This document shows, in pieces, positions 20,969 through 31,093 of a stretch of DNA of 64,000 nt. The DNA is from Chromatiales bacterium. Its GTDB lineage: Bacteria > Pseudomonadota > Gammaproteobacteria > Poriferisulfidales > Oxydemutatoraceae. Position numbers and translations under genes: made by a program. Below the pieces are notes generated by a model. That model searched no databases. It saw only the letters and a list, made by a program, of their open reading frames with translations, and was not told where the DNA came from. The stretch covers positions 58,571 to 122,570 of the forward strand of contig JACONC010000002.1 of NCBI GenBank assembly GCA_014323925.1. The letters are read 5' to 3'. Position 1 is the first letter of the stretch, and each line of letters begins with the position of its first letter.

Positions 20969-23610
20969 AAATAAGGTTTCAGCAACGATATAAAATGAAT
21001 CTGCTCTTCTTTATCCATTTTGGTTGGGTTTATTTTCTCTACACTCCCATCGGCGAAGGTCACACTGTCTGCCGTTCGGCGCCGGATATGTTTACCTAGT
21101 ATGTTGGCTAGAGATTCGGCTATATCTATATCGGAACAAAGCGATTTCAGGTTGATTTTTAGCTTGCCACTTGTTAATGGTTTGACGATATGTGAGAGCT
21201 TGTCGTCGGCGAAAAAAACATATTGCTCAAACGGCGACTTTGCACTGTCTAGTTCCAATTGCTCGCCGTCTTCGTAGCGTGCATTTCTCAATGTTTCCTC
21301 GTATTGCTCTAAACTATAGTATTTCAGACAATGACTGCTACCTTCGCAAGACACCGGCTTTCCTTTGTTCCAATCTTTAGAATAGACAACCTTTTTGATA
21401 CGCGGCAATAGCACGGTGTGAAAATATTCACCCATTTCTACGAGCAGATATTTTCTGTTACCACCATCTTCTTGGTTTAGATTAATGATTGCATGGGCAG
21501 TTGTGCCAGAACCGGCGAAGTAGTCAAGAATAATTGAATGGGAATTTGCCCCTATGACCAAAGAATCCTTAACAGTATTTAGACTTTTGGGGTAGGAAAA
21601 TTTATCAAAATCATCACTAAACATTTTTTTTAATAATATCGTTCCGTGAGACGAAGCATCGTACTTAGAATCTACCCATATAGATTTGGGCATTATTTCT
21701 TGTTTGATTCTATCTTTAACATAAATTACGCAATTGTCTTTTCTCTCTTTTACTATAATTTCGGTTTTTAATTTACTTTGTAGTGTCTCTTTTCCCCATC
21801 TCCAAATTCTTTCTTTACCTGAATCATCTATGGGTAGAATTTCAATGTCGCTTTTCTGTTCTCTTTTTGTGGAAAGCTTTTTACTTTTAGGATTCCAAAA
21901 GAGCGGATAGTAAAGATTAGGCCTAGCTTGTCGTGTAGAATTAGAACCAGTACGCCTAAAAGGAACTTCTTTATATTTTCCCAAAGAATCTCTTTTGTTG
22001 TATGTCTGTTCAAGGACATCTTTATTTGCAGTAAACTTGCTTGTTTCAAGTTTTTGTATGTCTTTTGCATATAAAAGGCAGTAATCATGCGCCGCCGCCA
22101 AATGTTTGGCATCACTGCGCCCCCCCGGATTAGACATAATAGAAATATTACCCACATGATTATTACTTTCGAAAATGGACTTAAATAATATGCCAAGATA
22201 CTCCATTTCTTCATCATCTATAGCGACTTCCATTATCCCATTTGAAGATAGGTAGGATTTAGATAAATGCACCCTGTTTTCTATTAAGCATAAAAAAGAA
22301 GAGTGTTTATATGAGTTTTTATAAACAATTTCGGATGATGAAGTATTATATGGCGGATCAATATAAATACATTTCACTTGCTCTTTGTATCGTCTTTGTA
22401 GTGTGTTCAGTGCTTGCCAATTCTCACTATGCACCAATTCTCCGTCCAGTGCTTCGTCTAAGTTTCCCAAGCAGGCAAGAATTTCCAGTTCCAAATCTTT
22501 GAAGTGTCGGGTGTCTAGAGGTAGAAATTTATATTGACTGCCCACTTTGTTGGTATCGTCTATTCTGCGTTGTCCATTAAAAAGGTCTTTTATTAAAAAC
22601 TGATTATCTACTATTCCCAGTTCGTGCCATTCTTTGATCTGTGCTTTCACACCTTTGTGTTTGACTATTTCCTGCAGGACTTTATCGCTTAGCTTATCTA
22701 AAGTTACGACATAGTTCACATTGCGCACAAACTTGGGCTTTTCCCATATCCGACGAAGCTCGTCCTCAAACTGGGCAATAAAATCGATAATTTCATAGGC
22801 AGTATCTTTAATGGCTTGTAGTTGTTGGATCCGCTCAGCATCAAAATGGGTTGTTCCCTCAAAGATGTATTGATAAAGCCATAAATTAAATTGCTCTTGT
22901 AAAAAGCGCCTGGCATCTTTGTTGATAAAAAAATCTACCTCAGTTTGCTTGCGAAACACACTGATTGCTTTTTGAAGTTCGTCTTCGGTTAAACGAGTCT
23001 TTTGCTTGCGAGATTCTCTGATGATTTCTTCTGTCTGACTTTTTTTGTTGCCTTCTTTATAGCCGACTTTAAGACATATAACCTGCTTGTCTCCTTCCTT
23101 TTTCACCTTGTCAAATGCATAGATGAATTCGCGCCGTTCGTTATTTCTCTTGTGCGTGCATTCGCTTACATCAAAATAAAAATGTTGTGTGCTATACGAT
23201 TTATCCGCATCGCGTAATTCAACCGGCATAGAATGTACCAATACATCGGATTTAACATAGTAAAGCATTTGTGTTTTCCAAGATAATGCGACATCTTGCC
23301 CGTCTTGATAGACGCGCTCATAGATTTTAGAGAATGCCGGAAGATGGCGGAAGTAAATAGACCCACTGTCACAAAAATAGCGATGAAAAAAAGTATAGAG
23401 CTTGTCAAACAATTCTTCGCGAAAAGCGGTATTGGGTGTTGCTCGCCGCTTAATATTTTCCATCAGCTCAGGGCGTATAGAACGAAAGTAATTACGCTTG
23501 ATACACATCAGATTGACGAATCCGGAATCTCCTTCTACTTCGGCGCCAGTAAACAAAGATTCCAGTGCATCAAGGAATCGCTTTTCTTTGCGTGAGTCCG
23601 AATAAATCAT
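20950..23610 (-). CDS. mod: Type III R-M Mod subunit (beta-class N6-adenine DNA methyltransferase)
   Basis: Motif IV DPPYNT precedes motif I DYFAGSGTT (beta-class order typical of Type III Mod); 886 aa. Confidence 0.8.
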   Translation of the reverse strand: MIYSDSRKEKRFLDALESLFTGAEVEGDSGFVNLMCIKRNYFRSIRPELMENIKRRATPNTAFREELFDKLYTFFHRYFCDSGSIYFRHLPAFSKIYERVYQDGQDVALSWKTQMLYYVKSDVLVHSMPVELRDADKSYSTQHFYFDVSECTHKRNNERREFIYAFDKVKKEGDKQVICLKVGYKEGNKKSQTEEIIRESRKQKTRLTEDELQKAISVFRKQTEVDFFINKDARRFLQEQFNLWLYQYIFEGTTHFDAERIQQLQAIKDTAYEIIDFIAQFEDELRRIWEKPKFVRNVNYVVTLDKLSDKVLQEIVKHKGVKAQIKEWHELGIVDNQFLIKDLFNGQRRIDDTNKVGSQYKFLPLDTRHFKDLELEILACLGNLDEALDGELVHSENWQALNTLQRRYKEQVKCIYIDPPYNTSSSEIVYKNSYKHSSFLCLIENRVHLSKSYLSSNGIMEVAIDDEEMEYLGILFKSIFESNNHVGNISIMSNPGGRSDAKHLAAAHDYCLLYAKDIQKLETSKFTANKDVLEQTYNKRDSLGKYKEVPFRRTGSNSTRQARPNLYYPLFWNPKSKKLSTKREQKSDIEILPIDDSGKERIWRWGKETLQSKLKTEIIVKERKDNCVIYVKDRIKQEIMPKSIWVDSKYDASSHGTILLKKMFSDDFDKFSYPKSLNTVKDSLVIGANSHSIILDYFAGSGTTAHAIINLNQEDGGNRKYLLVEMGEYFHTVLLPRIKKVVYSKDWNKGKPVSCEGSSHCLKYYSLEQYEETLRNARYEDGEQLELDSAKSPFEQYVFFADDKLSHIVKPLTSGKLKINLKSLCSDIDIAESLANILGKHIRRRTADSVTFADGSVEKINPTKMDKEEQIHFISLLKPYLWWGNA

Positions 23611-24084
23611 ACTATAAACTTATAGCAATTAAACTATGCGTTAAAATGATAGGGATAACCCGTATCGTCGTATGTGTGTACTCCACAAAAGTATATCTCA
23701 GCTACAGATTTTTGATGAATTTGTGCCATTCTAGCATAGAGATTTGGAATATAGCCCGACTTTCCGACGAACGGTATTTACCTATACATTACTTGGAAAA
23801 TCAGGGTTTAGATGCGGGTTATTTTCCTTAATAGAGTTGACTTTTAATAAGGCATCAATGGCGATACCATTATAACTATGAGCGACCGCACAGTTCCCTT
23901 AACTACCTAACGCCTGTAGCGTTTGTGGAGAGAGTAGCTTAAGATGAAATCTCATCCATGCTATGACCCTGAAAAAGAGGGAAGGTCATATTCATATTGG
24001 ATAAGTCTAGGAATGAAGTAGCGAAGCGTTGCATAGAGGTTTGAGAACATAATCTCTCAAAGTTATATAGGGTTTGCCAATTAT

Positions 24085-24378
24085 TTAACCGTCGGTTTTA
24101 GAGCGATGCTTTTTAATGTTTTTCAAAGGCACTATCTGGTCGGTATGCGGTTCATCGGCATAACGCGGTCGCATTTTGACCGTAGATTTGTTGGATAATT
24201 TCTGCAGAGTTTGCTCGCGGGCAGAAATTAATGCAAAGCAATCGCGAATGTCCTTTAATGTGCTATCCTTTAAGGGATGACGCATACCACCCAGTGGCGT
24301 TGTGTCTTTCACAACATTTGCCAGTGTTTTGCGCATCATTATTAATATACGTTGCTCTATGGATAGATCGTCAATCAT
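24085..24378 (-). CDS. Hypothetical protein (97 aa)
   Basis: ORF only; no motif recognised. Confidence 0.35.
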   Translation of the reverse strand: MIDDLSIEQRILIMMRKTLANVVKDTTPLGGMRHPLKDSTLKDIRDCFALISAREQTLQKLSNKSTVKMRPRYADEPHTDQIVPLKNIKKHRSKTDG

Positions 24379-24466
24379 CGTGTTATTTCAACAAACAACG
24401 ATATTATAACTTGTTTATAGATTAAACCCTATATAATTACACTAGAACATAGAAACAGGAGATGTT

Positions 24467-24775
24467 ATGAAGCAAGCAGAATTTTCAATAGGACAAGTCG
24501 TCAGGCATAAATTGTTTGATTACTATGGTGTGATCTACGATGTCGACCCAATCTTTATGGAGGGCGATGATTGGTATCAAAAAGTAGCCAAAACGCGTCC
24601 GCCTAAGGATCAACCCTGGTATCGCGTGTTGGTTGATGGACATGAACTTGAAACTTATGTTGCGCAGCGCAATCTTGAGTATTGCGAATACCGCGACATT
24701 GACCATCCTATGATCAGTACTTATTTCAACGGTAGCGATAAAGGACGTTATAACCTCTGTATCCCGAAAATCTGA
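24467..24775 (+). CDS. hspQ: Heat-shock protein HspQ (YccV-like hemimethylated-DNA-binding domain)
   Basis: FSIGQVVRHKLFDYYGVIYDVDP...YRV collinear with E. coli HspQ; RBS AGGAG. Confidence 0.85.
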   Translation: MKQAEFSIGQVVRHKLFDYYGVIYDVDPIFMEGDDWYQKVAKTRPPKDQPWYRVLVDGHELETYVAQRNLEYCEYRDIDHPMISTYFNGSDKGRYNLCIPKI

Positions 24776-24781
24776 GCAATT

Positions 24782-25219
24782 ATGTTTGCGCATCTGAAAG
24801 CACTTTTTGTTGATAAATCTGAACAACAAAAAGATGAATTCGGTGCCGAGTTGCGAGCTGCCGCCATCTTGTTGATAGAAGTTTGCTATGCGAACTTTGA
24901 TATACAAAAAGAAGAATTGACCGAGGCGACCTCGGCACTGGTCACAATATACGGACTACGAGCAGACCAAGCAGAAGTGCTACTTAGCGAAACTATAGCC
25001 GAACACAAAGAAGTAGTCTCGCTCTTTGATTATACGAAATTGCTAAACGCGCACTTATCTACGCAACAGAAAGAGACTCTGCTACTCGCGCTATGGAAAG
25101 TCGCACACGCCGATCATCGAGTCGAAGCCATTGAAGAACATCGCATCAGAAAGCTGGCCGAACAACTGCACTTACCACATAAATCGTTTATACAAACCAA
25201 ACTGATGGCAGAGCAATAG
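24782..25219 (+). CDS. TerB-like / DUF533-type protein
   Basis: Helical ~145-aa protein with TerB-like pattern (weak); 7 bp after hspQ. Confidence 0.4.
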   Translation: MFAHLKALFVDKSEQQKDEFGAELRAAAILLIEVCYANFDIQKEELTEATSALVTIYGLRADQAEVLLSETIAEHKEVVSLFDYTKLLNAHLSTQQKETLLLALWKVAHADHRVEAIEEHRIRKLAEQLHLPHKSFIQTKLMAEQ

Positions 25220-25543
25220 CAGGCTGTTTGCTCAGTGCCGTATCTTAGTGATATGACGAATCCGGCAAACACTTTCTAGCAATCGAGGGCGACCATAAAC
25301 CCACTAATCGATATGAGCGTATTACCTATTGAACCAAAGAGTTATTATCAGAGTTAGGCGAAGATGCTATCCGTGAGAGTTTGATTAAAACACCGGCATA
25401 AAGTTTGGCTATTTCATTCCTTTATTTGCATATGCCCAAGCGTATAGCTTAGAGTAAATAAGCCGAATCTCAATATATCTGTCCCAGGTGTCGTGGCATC
25501 ACACAAAGGTGGACATCTGTGCTTTGATTTAATAGGCATCGTA

Positions 25544-25592
25544 AAAATACTTACAAAAAATACTAATATAAATACTTGCAAAAAATACTAAA
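25544..25592 (+). promoter_or_regulatory. Tandem direct repeats in iscR promoter (candidate IscR autoregulatory operators)
   Basis: AAATACTTACAAAAAATACTAAT and AAATACTTGCAAAAAATACTAAAG, two ~23-bp near-identical units ~40 bp upstream of iscR start. Confidence 0.4.
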
Positions 25593-25634
25593 GTATTATA
25601 TATTTAATATCAGCAAATACAGCAAGGAGTAATT

Positions 25635-26126
25635 ATGCGTTTAACGAATAGAGGTCGTTATGCGGTGACGGCAATAGCCGATCTCGCTATACACGGTCAA
25701 CTTATGCCGGTATCTTTGGCGGATATTTCAATACGCCAAGATATTCCTATATCTTATTTAGGGCAGCTATTCATGTTGCTACGGGCAGGTGGTTTAGTAA
25801 AGAGCCAACGCGGCCCTAACGGTGGTTATCGCCTAGCCAAAGATAGTTCGGAGATTTCTATCGTTGATGTCATCAATGCGGTTGATGAAAAAATCAACAC
25901 ACTACGCTGCGGTGGGCGCGTTAACTGCCAAAATAATCAGCAATGCCTGACGCATACCTTATGGGAAAACATAGATAACCGAATAAGGGATCTATTTGCA
26001 GAAGTTTATATTTCTGATATTGTTGCCAATGATCAAGTTATGGAAATTTCTGCTAGGCAGGACGCCTATTTGGCAAAACAGCAAACACATACTACCCTTA
26101 AAGCGGTCAATATGATAACAACTTGA
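25635..26126 (+). CDS. iscR: Fe-S cluster assembly transcriptional regulator IscR (Rrf2 family)
   Basis: [14 protein letters not shown]-terminal HTH; followed by iscSUA. Confidence 0.9.
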   Translation: MRLTNRGRYAVTAIADLAIHGQLMPVSLADISIRQDIPISYLGQLFMLLRAGGLVKSQRGPNGGYRLAKDSSEISIVDVINAVDEKINTLRCGGRVNCQNNQQCLTHTLWENIDNRIRDLFAEVYISDIVANDQVMEISARQDAYLAKQQTHTTLKAVNMITT

Positions 26127-26133
26127 GAGGTTT

Positions 26134-27357
26134 ATGATGGACATTAAGTTACCTATTTATTTAGATTACAGTTCAACGACACCGGTAGACGAGCGGGTGG
26201 CGGAGAAAATGATGCAGTGCCTGACGCTAAACGGTGCCTTCGGTAATCCAGCATCGCGCAGTCACACCTTTGGCTGGCAAGCCGAAAAAGTGGTTGAACA
26301 GGCGCGCGAACAGATCGCCGATTTGGTCAATGCCGATCCTCGTGAAATCGTCTGGACTAGCGGTGCAACTGAGTCGAATAACCTCGCTATCAAAGGCGTT
26401 GGGCATTTTTATGCAAAAAAAGGCAAGCACATAATTACCTTAAAAACAGAGCATAAAGCGGTACTGGATGCCTGCAGACAGCTGGAGAAAGAAGGTTATG
26501 AGCTTAGCTACCTAAACCCTAAAGATAACGGCTTGTTGGATTTGGATGAACTGGAAGATACTATACGAGACGATACCGTTCTTATTTCTATCATGCATGT
26601 AAACAATGAAATTGGTGTGATACAAGATATACAAAAGATCGGTGATTTGGCTCGCGAAAAAGGCATTATCTTTCATGTCGATGCGGCACAAAGTGCCGGT
26701 AAAGTGCCCATTGATCTACAATCTCTGAAAGTCGATTTGATGAGCTTCTCGGCGCATAAAATTTACGGTCCTAAAGGCATTGGCGCGCTTTATGTCAGAC
26801 GCAAGCCCCGGGTGCGGGTAGAAGCGCAGATGCACGGCGGTGGTCACGAACGTGGCATGCGCTCAGGAACATTATCCACCCATCAAATTGCTGGCATGGG
26901 GGAAGCATTCGCCATTGCTCAACAGGAAATGGACAGCGAGCAAGAGCGCATCCTATCGTTGCGCCACCATTTATGGAACGGCATCAAGACGATGGACGAA
27001 GTCTATTGTAACGGAGACTATAAGCAGCGCGTTGCCGGCAATCTGAATGTCAGTTTTAATTATGTTGAAGGAGAATCGTTGATTATGGCACTTAAAAACA
27101 TTGCCGTATCAAGCGGTTCGGCTTGTACCTCGGCATCCTTAGAGCCGAGTTATGTATTACGTGCCTTAGGGCGCAACGACGAATTGGCGCACAGTTCTAT
27201 TCGCTTCACGGTAGGTCGCTATACGACTGCCGAAGAAGTTGACTACACAATAGAACTTGTTAGAAATTCGGTTGAAAAACTGCGCGAACTTTCACCGTTA
27301 TGGGAGATGCACCAAGATGGCATTGACCTAGACACGGTGGAGTGGGCAGTGCATTAA
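26134..27357 (+). CDS. iscS: Cysteine desulfurase IscS
   Basis: PLP lysine [12 protein letters not shown], active-site loop SSGSACTS. Confidence 0.95.
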   Translation: MMDIKLPIYLDYSSTTPVDERVAEKMMQCLTLNGAFGNPASRSHTFGWQAEKVVEQAREQIADLVNADPREIVWTSGATESNNLAIKGVGHFYAKKGKHIITLKTEHKAVLDACRQLEKEGYELSYLNPKDNGLLDLDELEDTIRDDTVLISIMHVNNEIGVIQDIQKIGDLAREKGIIFHVDAAQSAGKVPIDLQSLKVDLMSFSAHKIYGPKGIGALYVRRKPRVRVEAQMHGGGHERGMRSGTLSTHQIAGMGEAFAIAQQEMDSEQERILSLRHHLWNGIKTMDEVYCNGDYKQRVAGNLNVSFNYVEGESLIMALKNIAVSSGSACTSASLEPSYVLRALGRNDELAHSSIRFTVGRYTTAEEVDYTIELVRNSVEKLRELSPLWEMHQDGIDLDTVEWAVH

Positions 27358-27380
27358 TTTATAGAAAGAGGAGTACTACA

Positions 27381-27764
27381 ATGTCTTATGGAGAAAAGGT
27401 CTTAGACCACTACGAAAACCCACGCAATGTGGGTAGCTTGGATAAGAGCGACTTGCAAGTAGGTACCGGTATGGTCGGAGCGCCGGCCTGCGGCGATGTC
27501 ATGAAACTACAAATCAAAGTCAACGATTCGGGCATTATAGAAGATGCCAAGTTTAAGACTTACGGTTGTGGTTCGGCGATTGCATCGTCTAGCTTGCTGA
27601 CCGAAAAGGTCATTGGTAAAACGATAGATGAAGCTCAGCAGATCAAAAATACCGAAATTGTTGAAGAACTGTCGCTACCGCCGGTCAAAATACATTGCTC
27701 GGTTTTAGCCGAAGATGCAATTAAAGCCGCACTCAAAGACTACCATAGTAAGCAAGCTAAGTAA
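27381..27764 (+). CDS. iscU: Fe-S cluster scaffold IscU
   Basis: [36 protein letters not shown]; start moved to ATG 27381 behind AGAGGAG RBS. Confidence 0.95.
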   Translation: MSYGEKVLDHYENPRNVGSLDKSDLQVGTGMVGAPACGDVMKLQIKVNDSGIIEDAKFKTYGCGSAIASSSLLTEKVIGKTIDEAQQIKNTEIVEELSLPPVKIHCSVLAEDAIKAALKDYHSKQAK

Positions 27765-27768
27765 AACT

Positions 27769-28089
27769 ATGATCACGCTAACGACTGCAGCAGGCAATCA
27801 CATAGAGCGTTTTCTGCAGAAGCGTGGCAAGGGTTTAGGCATACGTCTAGCCGTGAAAACTACCGGCTGTTCAGGATTGTCTTATGTTATAGAGTATGCC
27901 GATGAAGCCAGTATAGACGATACTGTTTTTGAAGATAAAGGCATTAAAGTCATCATTGACGCTAAGAGCTTAGTTTACCTTGACGGCACCCAGTTGGATT
28001 TCGTCAAAGAAGGCTTAAACGAAGGGTTCAAATTCACTAACCCTAACGAAAAAAGCCGTTGCGGGTGCGGCGAGAGTTTTTCTATTTAA
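27769..28089 (+). CDS. iscA: Iron-binding A-type carrier IscA
   Basis: 107 aa from ATG 27769; C-terminal CGCGESF cysteine triad. Confidence 0.9.
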   Translation: MITLTTAAGNHIERFLQKRGKGLGIRLAVKTTGCSGLSYVIEYADEASIDDTVFEDKGIKVIIDAKSLVYLDGTQLDFVKEGLNEGFKFTNPNEKSRCGCGESFSI

Positions 28090-28149
28090 GCGATTATTTT
28101 CACCAGTGGCGGGCGCGATACGACGCCAAGCAATGTCGCCGATATTACA

Positions 28150-28680
28150 ATGTCTTTAGATAATCGACAAAATTATTTTGATTTATTCGGCATAGAACCT
28201 AGCTATGCCGTTGATAAACGAGCATTAGAAGAGGTTTATTTGAAATTGCAGAGCTTATCGCACCCAGATCGTTTTGCTGCGGAGAGCGAGCAACAACGGC
28301 GCATCGCCGCACAGCAGTCGGCTTATTTGAACGATGCCTACAATATACTAAGTGATGATTGCAGTCGTGCTGACTACTTGTTGCAATTACGAGGCTACAC
28401 GACTAACCCTGATGCTTCTATGTCTGGTGATACTTTTTTAATGCAACAAATGGAATATAGAGAAAAATTAGAGCAAGTAGCAGCCGAACAGTCCGATACA
28501 CAGGCGGTTGCCTTGTACGATGAAATTAACAGACAAAGTGTCCAAATAAATAAAGATTTTGAACAAGCATACAACGAAGAGATATTTGATAAAGCACAAT
28601 CACTTTTAACGCAAATGCAATTTATCAAAAAACTAAAAGCCGAAGTCAAAAAAGTCATACATTCAAAGGCTACCCTCTGA
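28150..28680 (+). CDS. hscB: Co-chaperone HscB (J-domain)
   Basis: J-domain HPD (SLSHPDRF), isc operon position. Confidence 0.85.
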   Translation: MSLDNRQNYFDLFGIEPSYAVDKRALEEVYLKLQSLSHPDRFAAESEQQRRIAAQQSAYLNDAYNILSDDCSRADYLLQLRGYTTNPDASMSGDTFLMQQMEYREKLEQVAAEQSDTQAVALYDEINRQSVQINKDFEQAYNEEIFDKAQSLLTQMQFIKKLKAEVKKVIHSKATL

Positions 28681-28717
28681 TGCCCTCTCTGATGCCCCTC
28701 TGATGCCCCCTCCGATG
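28673..28717 (+). repeat. Pyrimidine-rich tandem repeat (4 x ~11 bp, CCCTCTGATG-like) spanning hscB stop to hscA start
   Basis: CCCTCTGATG / CCCTCTCTGATG / CCCCTCTGATG / CCCCCTCCGATG read directly; each unit carries an ATG. Confidence 0.8.
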
Positions 28718-30604
28718 CCTTTGTTGCAGATCACTGAACCGGGTCTATCAGCTACGCAAGCAAAGCAATCGCTATGCGTTGCCGGCATAGATTTAGGCAC
28801 TACAAACTCGCTGATTGCAATTGTCGAGGACGGGAAACCACGCGCGTTAGCCGATCAACAGCAACAAGTACATTTACCATCGGTTGTGCATTACCGCGCC
28901 GATGCGCCACCCTTGGTAGGCAACGAAGCTCTGGCTAGATCTGCGCAATTTCCGCTCGATACCATCGTCTCTATCAAACGATTGGTCGGACGAGGTATCG
29001 AACAAAGCGATGCGCTTAAAGCAACCTTCGGCTACCGTTTTGTAACCGACGATCCTAAAGTACCAAGAATTAGCACTGCCGCAGGGAATAAAAGTGCGGT
29101 AGAAATATCTGCCGATATATTAAAAGCTCTGATGTTACGCGCAGAGCAGACCTTAGGAGATACTTTGGCGGGTGTGGTCATTACGGTGCCAGCATATTTT
29201 GATGATGCGCAGCGACAAGCGACCAAAGACGCTGCAGCCTTAGCTAACTTAAAAGTGTACCGTTTGTTGAACGAACCGACCGCAGCCGCCGTTGCTTACG
29301 GATTAGATCGGGTTGCCGAAAAAGAATTGATTTTGGTCTACGATTTAGGTGGCGGCACTTTTGATTTATCAATTCTCAAAATGGAACGGGGCATATTGCG
29401 CGTATTAGCAACTGGTGGTGACACCATGCTGGGAGGAGATGATTTTGACTCGTTAATCGCACAACACTTTATGAGCCAAGCACCGACCTCAGTAGAACCA
29501 ACCAGCGAAGCGATGCGTGGTCTATTGAGTGAAGCACGCAGAGCAAAACATATCCTCAGCGAGCAACCTGAATATCGCGGTCGCGTAGAACTTGCCGACT
29601 CGCAACCATGGGATGTATTTTTAAGGCGCTCGGAGTTGGAAGTATTACTTAGCCCAGCGATTGAAAAAACTTTGCATATATGCAAGCAGGTGCTGAACGA
29701 TGCTGGTGTTACTGCACAGCAAATACACAATATCGTTTTAGTGGGCGGTTCTACCCGCATCCCGTTGGTACGCAATCGTATCCAACAAGCGATAGGTATC
29801 GCACCTTTGCTTGGTATAAACCCAGACCAAGTCGTCGCACTTGGGGCTGCCATACAAGCCTCTGTGCTAGCCGGCAATGCGCAAACCGACGATAAACTAT
29901 TGCTGTTAGATGTGGTGCCGTTATCTCTGGGTATCGAGACTATGGGTGGCCTGGTTGAGAGAATAATACCTAGAAATAGTGTAATACCAACATCCAAAAC
30001 ACAGGAATTTACGACTTACAAAGACGGTCAAACGGGTATGACATTACATGTAGTGCAAGGTGAGCGAGAACTGGTTGACGATTGTCGGTCGCTGGCTCGT
30101 TTTGAATTGAAAGGCATCACCCCCAAAGTTGCTGGAGCATCTAAGGTCGGTGTTACTTTTAATGTTGATGCCGACGGCCTGTTGTCAGTGTCGGCAATTG
30201 ATGTCGATAGTGGCGCACAAGCACATGTCGAAGTGAAGCCATCCTACGGCTTATCCGACACTGAGATAGAGCAAATGATCAAAGAATCGGCAAAGCACGC
30301 GAAGGAAGATGTTACCGAGCGTAAACTCAAAGAAAAACTAGTAGAAGGCCAACGCGTGCTCGATGCATTGGCTACCGCACTTGCACAACATCAGGCCTTG
30401 ATATCCGATGACAACGAAAAACAAAATATACTCAAGGCACGCGATCAGCTGCAGCACGAACTAGAGAGCAACAATGTAGAGCGTATCGAGCAAGCGATAA
30501 AACACCTAGAAGAGAGCAGCGAGGCGTTCATTGCGCGGCGCATGAACGCCACTATACGAGAAGTTTTGCACGGCAAGTCAGCAAAAGATTTCATTGAAAA
30601 CTAA
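28715..30604 (+). CDS. hscA: Fe-S protein assembly chaperone HscA (Hsp70)
   Basis: MPLLQITEPG...AGIDLGTTNS matches HscA N-terminus; ORF track's 28703 start adds MPPP from the repeat; true start likely ATG 28715. Confidence 0.9.
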   Translation: MPLLQITEPGLSATQAKQSLCVAGIDLGTTNSLIAIVEDGKPRALADQQQQVHLPSVVHYRADAPPLVGNEALARSAQFPLDTIVSIKRLVGRGIEQSDALKATFGYRFVTDDPKVPRISTAAGNKSAVEISADILKALMLRAEQTLGDTLAGVVITVPAYFDDAQRQATKDAAALANLKVYRLLNEPTAAAVAYGLDRVAEKELILVYDLGGGTFDLSILKMERGILRVLATGGDTMLGGDDFDSLIAQHFMSQAPTSVEPTSEAMRGLLSEARRAKHILSEQPEYRGRVELADSQPWDVFLRRSELEVLLSPAIEKTLHICKQVLNDAGVTAQQIHNIVLVGGSTRIPLVRNRIQQAIGIAPLLGINPDQVVALGAAIQASVLAGNAQTDDKLLLLDVVPLSLGIETMGGLVERIIPRNSVIPTSKTQEFTTYKDGQTGMTLHVVQGERELVDDCRSLARFELKGITPKVAGASKVGVTFNVDADGLLSVSAIDVDSGAQAHVEVKPSYGLSDTEIEQMIKESAKHAKEDVTERKLKEKLVEGQRVLDALATALAQHQALISDDNEKQNILKARDQLQHELESNNVERIEQAIKHLEESSEAFIARRMNATIREVLHGKSAKDFIEN

Positions 30605-30615
30605 GGGATATCGCA

Positions 30616-30954
30616 ATGCCTAAAATCACTTTTTTAGCCCACGAAAAGCTATGTCCGCAAGACAAAGTAGTAGAAGTAGAGAGCGGCACCAGTATTTGTG
30701 ATGCAGCATTAAGCAACGACATAGAACTGGAACATGCGTGCGAGAAATCTTGCGCCTGCACAACCTGCCATGTATATGTACGCGAAGGCTACGATACACT
30801 CGATGAACCCACCGAGAACGAAGAAGACTATCTTGATAAAGCGTGGGGGTTAGATCCCGATTCAAGACTCAGTTGCCAAGCTATCGTAAAAGACCAAGAT
30901 CTAGTCGTAGAGATACCCAAATATACGATTAATCTAGTATCCGAGCAGCATTAA
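30616..30954 (+). CDS. fdx: [2Fe-2S] ferredoxin (isc-type)
   Basis: CEKSCACTTCH ... C cysteine pattern, follows hscA. Confidence 0.9.
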   Translation: MPKITFLAHEKLCPQDKVVEVESGTSICDAALSNDIELEHACEKSCACTTCHVYVREGYDTLDEPTENEEDYLDKAWGLDPDSRLSCQAIVKDQDLVVEIPKYTINLVSEQH

Positions 30955-31093
30955 AATCGCTGGTCGGTCACTTTAGTTACGCTTTTATAAAGTAGCGGTG
31001 TTATCCGCCTGCTAGATAAAGCATATAGGTCTCATCAGCAGTGTTAGAATAAAAATAAATGATATAGCAAAATTTTTCCTTTTACTGCAGCTA

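Noticed and set aside
23565-23831. 88-aa ORF overlapping the mod start / promoter region
   Set aside because: It overlaps the mod N-terminus on the other strand and runs into an AT-rich non-coding region. No motif.
23611-24084. Imperfect inverted repeat ATGACCCT...AGGGAAGGTCAT upstream of mod, as a possible controller-protein operator
   Set aside because: The arms are imperfect and no C-protein gene is present. It cannot be distinguished from a chance palindrome.
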